Below, piece after piece: positions 18,201 through 28,698 of a DNA stretch of 64,000 nt (position 1 is the stretch's first letter; each line of letters opens with the position of its first letter). Location: positions 4,672,001 to 4,736,000 of the forward strand of contig OZ240245.1 of NCBI GenBank assembly GCA_965198175.1. Reading direction: 5' to 3'. The notes beneath the pieces are model-generated. The model searched no databases. It saw only the letters and a program-made list of their open reading frames with translations, and had not been told where the DNA came from. The position numbers and the translations under genes were made by a program. The stretch comes from Candidatus Poribacteria bacterium (GTDB lineage Bacteria; Poribacteria; WGA-4E; PCPOR2b).

Positions 18201-19697
18201 CTAATTTGTACTTACAATTTTTTTTGCGTTTCGTTCGCTCGAGAGACTGAGTTGATTTGAGGCTGCAACACTGGAAAAATTAATGGGCAACTGTTTGGTC
18301 GGCTGTTCGCTGAATTCGACAGGATAGCACCCATCAAAACAAGCAGTGCAAAAATCTTGAGGTGACTTAACACACTTGAGCATCCCTTCGATGCTGAGAT
18401 AGCCTAGGCTGTCTGCGCGGATATATTTGCGAACATCTTCGATGGTGTGTGAACTTGCAATCAGTTCCCCACGGGTTGGTGTATCAACGCCGTAGAAGCA
18501 AGGAAATTTGTTGGGCGGGGACGAGATACGAACGTGAACTTCGGCTGCCCCGCCTTGGCGGATCAGTTTCACAAATTTGCGACTCTCAGTACCCCGCATG
18601 ATTGAATCATCAACCACCACAACACGTTTTCCTTCAAGTACATCTCGAATCGGGTTCAGTTTCACTTTGACCATGAGCTCACGGATATCTGGAGAGGGAT
18701 TCATAAACGCTCGTCCGACATAAGAGTTTCGATGCAGCCCTACATCAAACGGGATTCCCGATTCCTCCGAGTATCCGAGCGCGGCAAGCGTCGCTGAGTC
18801 CGGTACGCCGATTACAATGTCTGCTTCCGCGGGACATTCACGCGCTAGTTGTCTTCCCAACTCACGCCGTGGACGGTTAACAAGCTCACCGAACACGACG
18901 CTGTCTGGGCGCGAGAGGTAAATGTATTCAAAGATACATTGTGAGAGATGAGCTAAATCCTGTCCAAAGTTGAACGATTGGGGTTCACGATTAGTTGCGG
19001 TAATCACAAGCATCTCGCCGGGGGTAAGCTCACGAATTGGTTCGGCTTCAATGACATCAAAGGCGCACGTTTCAGAAGCGAGGATGTAAGCATCGCCAGC
19101 ACGTCCCAACCACAGTGGGCGAAAGCCGTATGAATCGCGAACGCCGATTAGGATGGATTTCCCCATGAAGACGAGCGAATAAGCTCCATCAATCGGTCTC
19201 AGCGCATCCAGAATGCGGTCTTGCAACGTGCTTTGTTCAGAGCGGGCAATGAGGTGAGCAATGACTTCTGTATCGGAAGTTGAACTGAAGATTGCACCGC
19301 GATTTTCTAAATCTTTGCGAATCCGCTGTGCGTTTACGAGGTTGCCATTGTGTGCAATTGCAAGCGGTCCATGCTTATATTCGCAAGTGAGGGGCTGGGC
19401 GTTTCCAAGATGGCTCGCCCCTGCCGTTGAGTACCGGTTGTGCCCGATAGCGATGTGTCCGGACAGCTTCGCCAATATCTCCGCATCAAAGACGTTCTCA
19501 ACGAGCCCCATGTTACGGTAAGAAGAGAACGTGTAATCGTCTGAAGTGACAATTCCGGAGCTTTCCTGGCCGCGATGCTGGAGGGCGCGTAATCCGAGGT
19601 AAGTCAAATCGGCTGCTTTGGGATGGCCAAAAATCCCAAAAATGCCACACTCATCACTTGCCTCATCTTCATCATCAAAGGCGTCAAAATGTTGCAT
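18201..19697 (-). CDS. purF: Amidophosphoribosyltransferase
   Basis: Acidic propeptide then CGIFG; LQHRGQES, GHNRYSTAG and VVVVDDSIMRGT motifs; Fe-S cysteines (FCTACF). Confidence 0.97.
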   Translation of the reverse strand: MQHFDAFDDEDEASDECGIFGIFGHPKAADLTYLGLRALQHRGQESSGIVTSDDYTFSSYRNMGLVENVFDAEILAKLSGHIAIGHNRYSTAGASHLGNAQPLTCEYKHGPLAIAHNGNLVNAQRIRKDLENRGAIFSSTSDTEVIAHLIARSEQSTLQDRILDALRPIDGAYSLVFMGKSILIGVRDSYGFRPLWLGRAGDAYILASETCAFDVIEAEPIRELTPGEMLVITATNREPQSFNFGQDLAHLSQCIFEYIYLSRPDSVVFGELVNRPRRELGRQLARECPAEADIVIGVPDSATLAALGYSEESGIPFDVGLHRNSYVGRAFMNPSPDIRELMVKVKLNPIRDVLEGKRVVVVDDSIMRGTESRKFVKLIRQGGAAEVHVRISSPPNKFPCFYGVDTPTRGELIASSHTIEDVRKYIRADSLGYLSIEGMLKCVKSPQDFCTACFDGCYPVEFSEQPTKQLPINFSSVAASNQLSLSSERNAKKIVSTN

Positions 19698-19793
19698 ACT
19701 TTGGCAATCTCCAGTCCCATGAGGGAACTCAATTGTTGAATTGTAACCAAGCGTATTGGTTTATTTCGACTCTGTCGTCAACATTTACATTGT

Positions 19794-20318
19794 TTATGTG
19801 CGTTTCCAATCAAGACGGTAGCCAAGAATTGCCCCAATTGGCGGGGCTAGGATGTACAACAGTTCCGTCGGACATTTCACCCATTCGAGCAATATGTAAA
19901 TCGGCAGGGATATGATAAACACAATTAACCTTGCCACGGCGAAAAGGAGGGAGAAAAGTAAGTTCGGAGCGATTAACAATTCCCAATGGATGTCAAGCAA
20001 CAACAACAGCGCGACGATTGCGGGAGCCCCAAGAAACGCCCCTTGATAGGCGCTTTTGCGATCTATGCGAACATCAAACCAGCGTCCGGCTATTCGAACG
20101 CCTTCAGTTACTCCAGCGATAGCGCCCCCATAGGTAAACCCAAAGGAGATTAGTAGAAGTAAACCAGCCCAGAAACCGTGCTGCACTCCATCCCTGATTA
20201 GACCTTCCCAGATCAGTGACTCTACAATGAAGCGGCAGACCCAACCGCTGGCTAAACCGATGCCGCTGCCTAACGCGATCTGGCTCATGGTGAGAACGAT
20301 AGCGTTTTTTTGAGACAT
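19794..20318 (-). CDS. Hypothetical multi-pass membrane protein
   Basis: Several Gly-rich hydrophobic helices; GAGGTG RBS before ATG 20318. Confidence 0.7.
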   Translation of the reverse strand: MSQKNAIVLTMSQIALGSGIGLASGWVCRFIVESLIWEGLIRDGVQHGFWAGLLLLISFGFTYGGAIAGVTEGVRIAGRWFDVRIDRKSAYQGAFLGAPAIVALLLLLDIHWELLIAPNLLFSLLFAVARLIVFIISLPIYILLEWVKCPTELLYILAPPIGAILGYRLDWKRT

Positions 20319-20377
20319 ATCACCTCGCATAACTTGTATAATGACTTCATCGGCTAACCGTCGAAAGGTGTTTCATA

Positions 20378-20417
20378 TTGACAGGAAGATTATATCACGG
20401 GGTTGAATTCCTGTCAA
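20378..20417 (-). promoter_or_regulatory. Consensus sigma70 promoter upstream of the purF-purM run, inside a 10-bp inverted repeat
   Basis: TTGACA-17-TATAAT on minus (20417-20389); TTGACAGGAA (20378-87) / TTCCTGTCAA (20408-17). Confidence 0.8.
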
Positions 20418-20496
20418 CCTCCCTCCGTCTAATTCTGATACGATGATTGAATTTTCATAAATTTCTTTTTGACTTGTGGGTCCGTGTCATTTGCCT

Positions 20497-21321
20497 CTAG
20501 GGTTTTTTCATCTGTTTGGCGATTTGGATTTCATCTTCAAACTTCGGCAGATCTGCAGCATGTTCTAGAAAGAGATTCAAATACCGTTCCATTGTCAGGT
20601 CGTCTCCTTTCTTCTGATACACCCGCGCGAGTTGGTAATAAATCTCTGGATCGCCTGGACCGAGCGATAACGCTTGCTCATACTCACGAATTGCCGAATC
20701 CAATTGCCCGGTTTCGTGGTAAACTTCAGCGAGATTGTAGTGAGCATCCGAGTCACTAGCATCCAACTCGACAGCGCCTTGATAATATCTCATCGCTTCC
20801 TCAAACTGTGCTCTGGCGTGGTAAGCCCACGCCAGATTAAAATAGGCATCCTGAAATTCTGGATCTAACTCGATCGCCATCTGATACGCCTCAATCGCCT
20901 GTTCAAACCAATCATCGGTATCATAAGCATAACCGAGGTTGTTGTAAAATGCCGGGTTACCAGCTTCCAATTCTATAGCTTTCTGGAATGCTTCGATAGC
21001 CGCCTCTGTCAAAGGCAAATCCACGTAGACCAGTCCCAGTTTGTTTTGGGCGTGAGCGTTCTCCTCGTCAAACCGCAGTGCAGTTTGGAATTCTTCAATT
21101 GCTTTCTCGTGTTCTCCCATCTTGTGATAGACCTCGCCGAGCTGAAGATGTCCGCGCACATCCTCCGGGGTAAGTGTCAGCCCTAACCGGAGCTGAGTCG
21201 CCTCACGTTTCAGTTTCTCCTTCTGTTGCGCTTGTTCATCTGAAGTGGGCTGGCAACCGACGAAAATGATACAAAAGGCAAGGAAGACTTGAAATGATGT
21301 CATTATAAAGTACCCGTGCAA
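20497..21321 (-). CDS. TPR-repeat lipoprotein
   Basis: Lipobox FVGC; about 6 TPRs (YNNLGYAY, YFNLAWAY, HYNLAEVY). Confidence 0.88.
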   Translation of the reverse strand: MHGYFIMTSFQVFLAFCIIFVGCQPTSDEQAQQKEKLKREATQLRLGLTLTPEDVRGHLQLGEVYHKMGEHEKAIEEFQTALRFDEENAHAQNKLGLVYVDLPLTEAAIEAFQKAIELEAGNPAFYNNLGYAYDTDDWFEQAIEAYQMAIELDPEFQDAYFNLAWAYHARAQFEEAMRYYQGAVELDASDSDAHYNLAEVYHETGQLDSAIREYEQALSLGPGDPEIYYQLARVYQKKGDDLTMERYLNLFLEHAADLPKFEDEIQIAKQMKKP

Positions 21322-21761
21322 TTGGCTGTGTGGAGTTGCTAGCTATTGATGATAGCGCACGAATCCGATCGTCTGCGCAGATTGGCAATCAAATCCAAAT
21401 CCGTAAAATCTTATTTCATCTGCGTTCTATGATTGTATGTGATATTGCGCGAGGATTCAATGAAAAAACGTAGTGGTTCGCTTGCCACTATGGGAATGAT
21501 GCGATGTACCTTTGCAAATAAATCCTATAATTTGAGGTACTGCTGAAGGCGATGTATTGTTACAAGTATCAAAAAGACGCCGGGCTATTGACACTTAGGC
21601 GTGTCCTCGCCGATTTTGAACTTGTTACGCATTGAAAAAGGGTTGACCCGACGATGCGACACGTGGTAGACTTGAACCGATTGCCACTCAAAATGGAGTA
21701 ATCTTTAGTGGCAGCAATCATCCGCACCGCACCCTTTGATTGTGAAATTGTATTCTGGTCA

Positions 21762-22910
21762 ATGACAACATGGGCTGAAGTCGATCTCGCAGCAATCAGA
21801 TCGAATGCGCAGGCAATCAGAGAATATATCCAGCGTACCGGCACAACATCTTCCGCTGTACACCTAATTGCCGTTATCAAGGCAGATGCTTATGGACACG
21901 GCGCAATTTCCGTTGCTCAGACGTTACGAGACGAGACGGCGATGTTCGCTGTTGCAACGGTTCAGGAGGCGATTGAGTTGCGTGATGCTGGCATTGAGAA
22001 ACCAATTCTCATTCTTTTCAACGCGGTTTCCGATGAAGCTGAGACAATTGCGCGCTATCAACTTACGCCCTCTGTGTGTGAATCTACGCTTTGTGAAGGG
22101 TTATCCCATGTTGCACGAACATTGGATCAGCGTATCAGGGTGCATGTCGATGTTGATACAGGCATGAACCGTGGCGGGGTACGATATACCGAAGTTGCGC
22201 GTTTTATCCAATGGTTAACATCACTATATGGTATTGCGGTTGAAGGAATCTTCACACACTTTGCGACAGCCGACGAAACGGACAAAAGCTACACACATCT
22301 TCAATTGGGTCGCTTTAAGTCCGTGCTTTCCGAACTCTCTCATCTCAATCTTCGCCCGCCAATCGTACATACTGCCAACAGTGCGGCTACACTCACGCTT
22401 CCTGATTCTCATTTTGATGCTGTGCGCGTCGGCTTGAGTTTATACGGAATCCACCCATCACCTGACCACAGCGTTTTAGGTACGTCGCATGAGATTCGTC
22501 TGAGACCCTCTCTGAGTTGGAAGGCGCGCGTCATCTGCGTACATGAGGCGGGCGCCGGCGAAAGTGTAGGCTATGGACGTACTTACACAACCAATCGGAC
22601 AGTGCGGCTAGCGACTTTGCAAGTAGGGTATGCAGATGGCTATCCACGGTCATTGTCCAATCTTGGAGAAGTCCTAATTGGTGGCAAGCGCAGGCGGAGT
22701 GCGGGGGGCATTTGCATGGATGAAACGGTTTTTGAAATCGATCCGCCCGCTGATGTGTCTATCGGGGCTGAAGCGGTTTTGATTGGAACACAAGGGGCTG
22801 AAGAGATAACTGTCGATCAAGTTGCCGTGCAGGCTGGGACGATTTCATATGAGATTTTAACGGGAATTGGCAAACGGGTCCGACGCATTCATGTGAAAGA
22901 CCCTAAATAA
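21762..22910 (+). CDS. alr: Alanine racemase
   Basis: WAEVDL, AVIKADAYGHG, VDTGMNR, GYADGYPR and YEILT motifs; start re-called at ATG 21762. Confidence 0.96.
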   Translation: MTTWAEVDLAAIRSNAQAIREYIQRTGTTSSAVHLIAVIKADAYGHGAISVAQTLRDETAMFAVATVQEAIELRDAGIEKPILILFNAVSDEAETIARYQLTPSVCESTLCEGLSHVARTLDQRIRVHVDVDTGMNRGGVRYTEVARFIQWLTSLYGIAVEGIFTHFATADETDKSYTHLQLGRFKSVLSELSHLNLRPPIVHTANSAATLTLPDSHFDAVRVGLSLYGIHPSPDHSVLGTSHEIRLRPSLSWKARVICVHEAGAGESVGYGRTYTTNRTVRLATLQVGYADGYPRSLSNLGEVLIGGKRRRSAGGICMDETVFEIDPPADVSIGAEAVLIGTQGAEEITVDQVAVQAGTISYEILTGIGKRVRRIHVKDPK

Positions 22911-23190
22911 AAAAATAAAGCCCTCGCACAATCAGTGAGATTGAACACAAGCAAGGTAAAGGTTATCAAGGATTTAGTGATAACACAGAAAGTGAACCTT
23001 CCCCACATCGGAGAAGACTTTTGGGTTGACATCATCATCCACGAAGTGATATATTTTCAAGGATGGTCAGCATTCATCGAAAACAGAAAGTCCATGGAAG
23101 CATTCTGAGGGCTCGGCTTAATTCGCGTGAAGCACGATGACCAAATCCGTTGTGATGTCACGGCATGTTCAGCCATTAGGCTAAATGGAA

Positions 23191-23240
23191 CTTTGCCATA
23201 AATCGTAAGACTGTGTTCATGCTGTTCTGAACACGGTAAG
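23191..23240 (+). repeat. ~50-bp hairpin-containing direct repeat, copy 1
   Basis: CTTTGCCATAAATCGTAAGACTGTGTTCA...CTGAACACGGT; copy 2 at 24142. Confidence 0.75.
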
Positions 23241-23436
23241 CATCATATTGGAAATAGTTTATAGTGGTAAATCCAGCGTCCGTCATAATGCGGATGTGCT
23301 CATCGCGATGGTCTCACCGGCAGGGGCATCCAAGCGGTTAGTGTATCATTCAAATGGAAAAGTTCACTTGCTAGCTTCCTGCGCTGTAGGTCCACTTGTG
23401 GGAAGGCTAGCTATCCAACATCAAGGAGAGAAAATC

Positions 23437-24078
23437 ATGAAAATTGGATTTGTTCATTTTACCGTGCTTCTTATGTTGTGTTTCTTGCTGGTCAGTTGTG
23501 GTCCCGCACCTCGGAAAGATGCCAGGTATATCCCGAGCGCATCGGCTTCAGGGTCGAGGACACCCGTATCGAGAACTTCCCCGGCGTCCGCAAGCACGTC
23601 GCTGCCTCGGACAGCAGAAGTAGATCTTGTACGGCTGCCGTTGCTAAAAACTATCTTCAGGAATCAACCCGCCTCTTCCCGCATTGATGATCTCTTCGCA
23701 AGGGCAAAAGGACAAGTTGATAATCTCAGTTTGGTATCCAATTGTGATTTGGATATTTTGAAGGGATTTGTTGCGGCAGGCTGGACACCGGTGGTGTTGT
23801 TACGAAGCGGACGACAGCCGTGGGTACTTGTTGGATACGACGATGCTGTCGAACAAGTCCAACTAACAAATATAGCGAATGCTCCCTCACGCACAACGGA
23901 TCCAAAGCGTCTCACGTTAAGGCGGGAAGGCTATTCTGACTTTGGCAGGGAGTGGGCTTCTGGTAAATGTATGCTTGTTGCACCGGGGTTGGCGTTTACA
24001 GAGATAAAAGTACGTTCCGTCTTGGCGAAGTACCTCACCGCGACTCAAGCCTCTCAAGTCAAGGTTAGAAGTCGATAA
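23437..24078 (+). CDS. Lipoprotein with low-complexity linker and possible degenerate C39-peptidase-like domain
   Basis: AAGGAG RBS, ATG 23437, lipobox LVSC; LKGFVAAGWTPVVLL..PWVLVGYDD. Confidence 0.6.
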   Translation: MKIGFVHFTVLLMLCFLLVSCGPAPRKDARYIPSASASGSRTPVSRTSPASASTSLPRTAEVDLVRLPLLKTIFRNQPASSRIDDLFARAKGQVDNLSLVSNCDLDILKGFVAAGWTPVVLLRSGRQPWVLVGYDDAVEQVQLTNIANAPSRTTDPKRLTLRREGYSDFGREWASGKCMLVAPGLAFTEIKVRSVLAKYLTATQASQVKVRSR

Positions 24079-24141
24079 TCAGGGGTTTGCCACCTCTGTT
24101 TTCTCTTAGAAGTCGTGCGAAATACGCTAAGCTCATTGAGG

Positions 24142-24190
24142 CTTTGTCATAAATCGTAAAACTGTGTTCAGGTTGCTCTGAACACGGTTA
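24142..24190 (+). repeat. ~50-bp hairpin-containing direct repeat, copy 2
   Basis: CTTTGTCATAAATCGTAAAACTGTGTTCA...CTGAACACGGT. Confidence 0.75.
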
Positions 24191-24635
24191 ACACCGTATC
24201 ATAACTTTAAAATCTACCATCGGAATGTAGAGGTGCGTTATGATACTTTAATCAATTTAGTGCTTGTCAGCCTAATAACGTTAGTTGACCCATGCCCACG
24301 CCACACGAGGTTACAGATGGTGGATGCAGCGTTAGAAACGGATATATAAACCGCTGAAACAAATGCGCGCAAGAACACAGCTTGGGTTTCGCTAGTCAGC
24401 CATTTTTCAACTGACACGCACTCTCGGCGTTCACTAAATTTTACAGCAGTTCAGTTTATTTCACCACTCGCCAACCACCAGCAGTTTGCTCCCTCCTTTG
24501 TTTGCATCAAGTCGTATCCATCAGCCTTTACACGTAAGCACGGGAAACAGTGTCAACAGCACGCAGACCCTAACAACATTCATTTAACTATGTTCTATGT
24601 TGATTGAAAATTGCCAGTCCGAAAGAGGAACCTAA

Positions 24636-25394
24636 ATGACAAGAGTGGATAGGCGTAGTCCCGATCAGATGCGTCCTGTGACCATGACTCGGAATTATAT
24701 TAAACATCCGGAGGGATCGGTCCTAATCTCGGTTGGAGATACAAAAGTGATTTGTACGGCGTCGGTAGATGAGCGACAACCCCGCTTTATGCGTGAACAG
24801 CAGATTCAGGGGAAAGGATGGGTCACGGCGGAATACGCGATGCTGCCGCGCTCGACCACCGACCGTATGCAGCGCGAGGCCACCCGTGGATCGCTTGGCG
24901 GTCGAACTCACGAGATTCAACGGCTGATTGGACGCTCCTTACGGGCCGTTGTAGATCTTTATGCGCTTGGCGAGCGCACAATCTGGGTTGATTGCGATGT
25001 GATTCAAGCCGATGGCGGAACGCGCACTGCATCAATTACAGGTGCTTTTATCGCGCTGTGGGATGCTTGCCAAAAACTCGTGAATCGGAAGATGATAAAA
25101 TCGCTTCCAATCCGTGAAAATGTGGCGGCAATCAGCGTTGGCATTATTGATGGCACACCGATGCTAGATCTTCGCTATACAGAGGACTCTGTAGCTGCAG
25201 TTGATATGAATATTGTGATGACGGGAAAAGGGAAATTTGTCGAAATCCAGGGGACAGCGGAGGAAACCCCTTTTTCCAGGATGGAATCGAATCAGATGCT
25301 AGATCTAGCTATGAGCGGTATTCAAAAACTTATCCGGTTACAAAATCAGCTGATGGTAGAGAAGTTAAATGAAGTTAGTCTTGGCAACCCGTAA
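24636..25394 (+). CDS. rph: Ribonuclease PH
   Basis: [43 protein letters not shown] and VEIQGTAE motifs. Confidence 0.98.
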   Translation: MTRVDRRSPDQMRPVTMTRNYIKHPEGSVLISVGDTKVICTASVDERQPRFMREQQIQGKGWVTAEYAMLPRSTTDRMQREATRGSLGGRTHEIQRLIGRSLRAVVDLYALGERTIWVDCDVIQADGGTRTASITGAFIALWDACQKLVNRKMIKSLPIRENVAAISVGIIDGTPMLDLRYTEDSVAAVDMNIVMTGKGKFVEIQGTAEETPFSRMESNQMLDLAMSGIQKLIRLQNQLMVEKLNEVSLGNP

Positions 25395-26082
25395 TCGCGG
25401 AAAAGTAAGAGAACTTCAGGAGATGTTAAACGACACGAAATCTCGCCGTGATGTGGTAGAGGCAATGTCGAACTACGAACCAGATGTAAATCGAACGAGA
25501 CGGGGACCTCAGTCGGAGCGGGGTGACCACGCGGGGCTGAACAATCAGGCAGAGATTGATATTTTGTCGCTTGACGATTTTCCCGACGCACCCGATGTAG
25601 TCGAGGATGGGAAGACCTATCAGGAAAATGCCCTTAAGAAGGCAGCTGTGCTTGCTAAATATACGGGGTATTTAGCCCTTGCCGATGATTCGGGGCTGGA
25701 AGTTGACGCGCTCCACGGCGCCCCCGGTGTCTATTCTGCACGTTATGCCGGTGAGCACGCTTCCGATGCAGCAAGAGTTGATAAGTTACTTGACGCTCTT
25801 AAAGATGTGTCGGACAATCAACGAACGGCGCGTTTCAAATGCGCCATCGCGCTCGCTGATCCGCATGGCCCAACACAAGTTGTCGTAGGGGTTTGCGAAG
25901 GAGGACTTATTCGTCTTCCGCGCGGACAGCACGGATTTGGATATGACCCCATTTTTGCACCAGTCGGTTGTGACAAAACCTTCGCTGAGTTGGGAGAGGA
26001 TATCAAGAATCGGATTAGCCACCGGGCAAAGGCACTCGAAAAGATGAAAAAATACCTCCAAATGTGTGTTCGTAAACCGTGA
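25369..26082 (+). CDS. rdgB: XTP/dITP diphosphatase (RdgB/HAM1) with ~35 aa insertion
   Basis: [40 protein letters not shown] and KNRISHR motifs. Confidence 0.95.
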   Translation: MKLVLATRNRGKVRELQEMLNDTKSRRDVVEAMSNYEPDVNRTRRGPQSERGDHAGLNNQAEIDILSLDDFPDAPDVVEDGKTYQENALKKAAVLAKYTGYLALADDSGLEVDALHGAPGVYSARYAGEHASDAARVDKLLDALKDVSDNQRTARFKCAIALADPHGPTQVVVGVCEGGLIRLPRGQHGFGYDPIFAPVGCDKTFAELGEDIKNRISHRAKALEKMKKYLQMCVRKP

Positions 26083-26158
26083 AACAGAGAAGGCACTCTT
26101 CCTCTCCTTACATTCCCTTGCGTTCGTGGATATTTGATAGTTCCTAAAGAGGAAACTT

Positions 26159-27310
26159 ATGGCACAGAACAATTTCATACCGTTATGTCGTCCATGGATT
26201 GATGAAGCCGAAATTGAAGCAGTGAGCGAAGTTCTTGCCTCCAAATGGATTAGCACGGGACCAAAAACGGGGGAATTTGAGCACCGGTTTGCAGAATACA
26301 TCGGTGTGAAGCACGCCTTGGCGGTGAGTTCTTGCACTGCCGCATTGCACCTATCGCTTATTGCAGCAGGCGTCGGCGAAGGCGATGAGGTGATTACAAC
26401 ACCATACACCTTTACCGCAACGGCGGAAGCAATTGGCTATACGGGCGCGAAACCCGTCTTCGTTGATATTGATCCGGGAACTTTGAATATTGATGTCGGC
26501 AGAATTGAGGAGGCAATCACACTCCGCACGAAAGCCATTATCCCCGTCCATGTCGCGGGATTGCCCTGCGATATGGACGGGCTTCTACAAATCTGCCGAA
26601 AACACAATCTAGTACTCATTGATGACGCTGCACATGCAATTCCGTCGGACTATAACGGACATCGCATCGGATCCATTGGCAATCTGTCAGCTTTTAGCTT
26701 TTACGCCAACAAAAACCTAGCAACCGGTGAAGGTGGTATGATTACGACCAACAGCGATCTATTTGCATCAGCCATTAAGAGGACGTTCTATCACGGAATG
26801 AGTAAAGATTCGTGGGCGCGCCGGCAGGAGCGGAGCACCTGGTACTATGAAGTTGTTTCTCAGGGATACAAATATAATATGACTGATATCCAGGCGGCAA
26901 TGGGATTGTGTCAACTCCTGAAAATCGAGAAGCAACGTGAAATTCGCAGTCGGTATGCCAAAATCTATACGTCGAAACTTCGAGAACTTCCCAACATTGT
27001 CACTCCCCAGGAACAAGCGATAAGTAGTCATGCTTGGCACCTATACATAATCCAGCTGCGAACATTACAGTTGAAGATTAGTCGTGATGAATTCATTGAT
27101 GCAATGCGCAAAGCCAACATCGAATGTGGCGTCCATTACATCCCTCTGAATCTTTTTCCATTTTATCAGCAACGATACGGGTATCAGAAGGGAGATTTTC
27201 CCCACGCCGAGTCAGCTTTCAAGCGTGTCGTCAGTTTGCCGATGCATCCCGGGTTGACGGAGGAGGACATCCACGCTGTTATTGACACAATCAAGGAAAT
27301 CTTGGTATGA
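26159..27310 (+). CDS. DegT/DnrJ/EryC1/StrS nucleotide-sugar aminotransferase
   Basis: VSSCTAALH, DAAHA, FSFYANKNLATGEGG and GYKYNMTDIQAA motifs. Confidence 0.93.
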   Translation: MAQNNFIPLCRPWIDEAEIEAVSEVLASKWISTGPKTGEFEHRFAEYIGVKHALAVSSCTAALHLSLIAAGVGEGDEVITTPYTFTATAEAIGYTGAKPVFVDIDPGTLNIDVGRIEEAITLRTKAIIPVHVAGLPCDMDGLLQICRKHNLVLIDDAAHAIPSDYNGHRIGSIGNLSAFSFYANKNLATGEGGMITTNSDLFASAIKRTFYHGMSKDSWARRQERSTWYYEVVSQGYKYNMTDIQAAMGLCQLLKIEKQREIRSRYAKIYTSKLRELPNIVTPQEQAISSHAWHLYIIQLRTLQLKISRDEFIDAMRKANIECGVHYIPLNLFPFYQQRYGYQKGDFPHAESAFKRVVSLPMHPGLTEEDIHAVIDTIKEILV

Positions 27311-27478
27311 TAGCCAACCTACCGAAGGTTGAGATTCTGGAGAACAGAAGCGGATGTAAATCCAAGATTTCCACCGGCTAAAGGAGGTAAAGCGTAGAAC
27401 CTTGAAAGTTTCTAAGCACGAGATTAGAGAAAGACTAAATGAAAGCACCTCAAGTGGTCCAGCAAAAGGGGGAGCAAC

Positions 27479-28516
27479 ATGAGGCTCATTCAATTTCACT
27501 TACTTGAGAAAGGAAGACGGATCGGGTATATTGATGGTGACAGAATCGTTGATTTGACCAGCGTCCACGAAAAGTGGACGCACATCCAGACACTCTTCCT
27601 TGAAGCCCGCCGAAGTCGCAAGACCATCAGTGCATACCTCGCCGATTTCCCTGCGCACAACGCTGATATGGTGCCCTACAATGAGCTGCTAGAAGCTCGT
27701 CCAGAAGATGCGAGCGGCTGGATTCTACCACCGCTCGACCATCCAGACCCAAGCCACTGTTTGATTTCGGGTACGGGTTTGACGCATATGGGAAGTATGG
27801 AAAAACGTGCCGAGATGCATATCGCTGCCGACGAAGAAACCGAGTCCGAAAAGACCGATTCCGAAAAGATGTTCGAGATGGGGCTAAAGGGCGGAAAGCC
27901 CGATGCAGGTGTCCGCGGCATTCAGCCAGAATGGTTCTATAAAGGAACTGGTGTCTTCCTACGGGGGCATAACGATGTTCTTGATATCCCAGACTTCACG
28001 GAAGATGGCGGCGAAGAACCAGAAATCGTCGGCTGCTATGTGATTGACGACGATGGCAGTCCTTGTAGGATAGGGTTTGCGATCGGGAATGAATGGGCGG
28101 ATCACCGGATGGAACGAGTGAATTACCTTTGGTTGGCTCCGTCTAAAATGCGCGTCTGCGCTGTTGGACCTGAACTAGTCACAGACAGAGAATTCAAGGA
28201 TATCCAAGGCAGTTGCCGCATCACACGAGGAAAAGAGCTACTCTACCATTCAGGTAAATTGCTTACGGGCGAGAGCCACATGAGCCATAGCCTCGCAAAC
28301 CTTGAGGACCACCATTTCAAGTATCCACACTTTCGCCTCCCCGGCGACGTGCACATTCATTTCTTCGGCACGATGAAACTCGCCTTCCCCAATCGGCCAA
28401 CCTTCCAAACCGGCGATCGCATCGAAATCCGTTTTGACGGGATGGGCGCGCCACTTGTCAATTATCCCCGGCAGATTTCCTTTTCCAAAACTCCCGTGAT
28501 CGTAGAGACAGGATAA
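27479..28516 (+). CDS. AraD1/GguC (FAH superfamily) protein
   Basis: MRLIQF, SGTGLTHMGS, GGKP..GIQPEWFYKG, DGGEEPE and NLEDHHFKY motifs. Confidence 0.9.
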   Translation: MRLIQFHLLEKGRRIGYIDGDRIVDLTSVHEKWTHIQTLFLEARRSRKTISAYLADFPAHNADMVPYNELLEARPEDASGWILPPLDHPDPSHCLISGTGLTHMGSMEKRAEMHIAADEETESEKTDSEKMFEMGLKGGKPDAGVRGIQPEWFYKGTGVFLRGHNDVLDIPDFTEDGGEEPEIVGCYVIDDDGSPCRIGFAIGNEWADHRMERVNYLWLAPSKMRVCAVGPELVTDREFKDIQGSCRITRGKELLYHSGKLLTGESHMSHSLANLEDHHFKYPHFRLPGDVHIHFFGTMKLAFPNRPTFQTGDRIEIRFDGMGAPLVNYPRQISFSKTPVIVETG

Positions 28517-28698
28517 AGTGTGGTCTCGGAGAGCGAGTGCGGATAACCATCACCCACCCGCATAAAGAGGTAGCATGAAGGTTAGGTACTGTCTCACATA
28601 CGACCGGTTAACAACGCCCATTGTCTATTTTCTGACACAACATTCTCAATTCATTCAGAAGTAGGTAAAGCGCATAAACCTGAGATTGTTCCGTAGTT

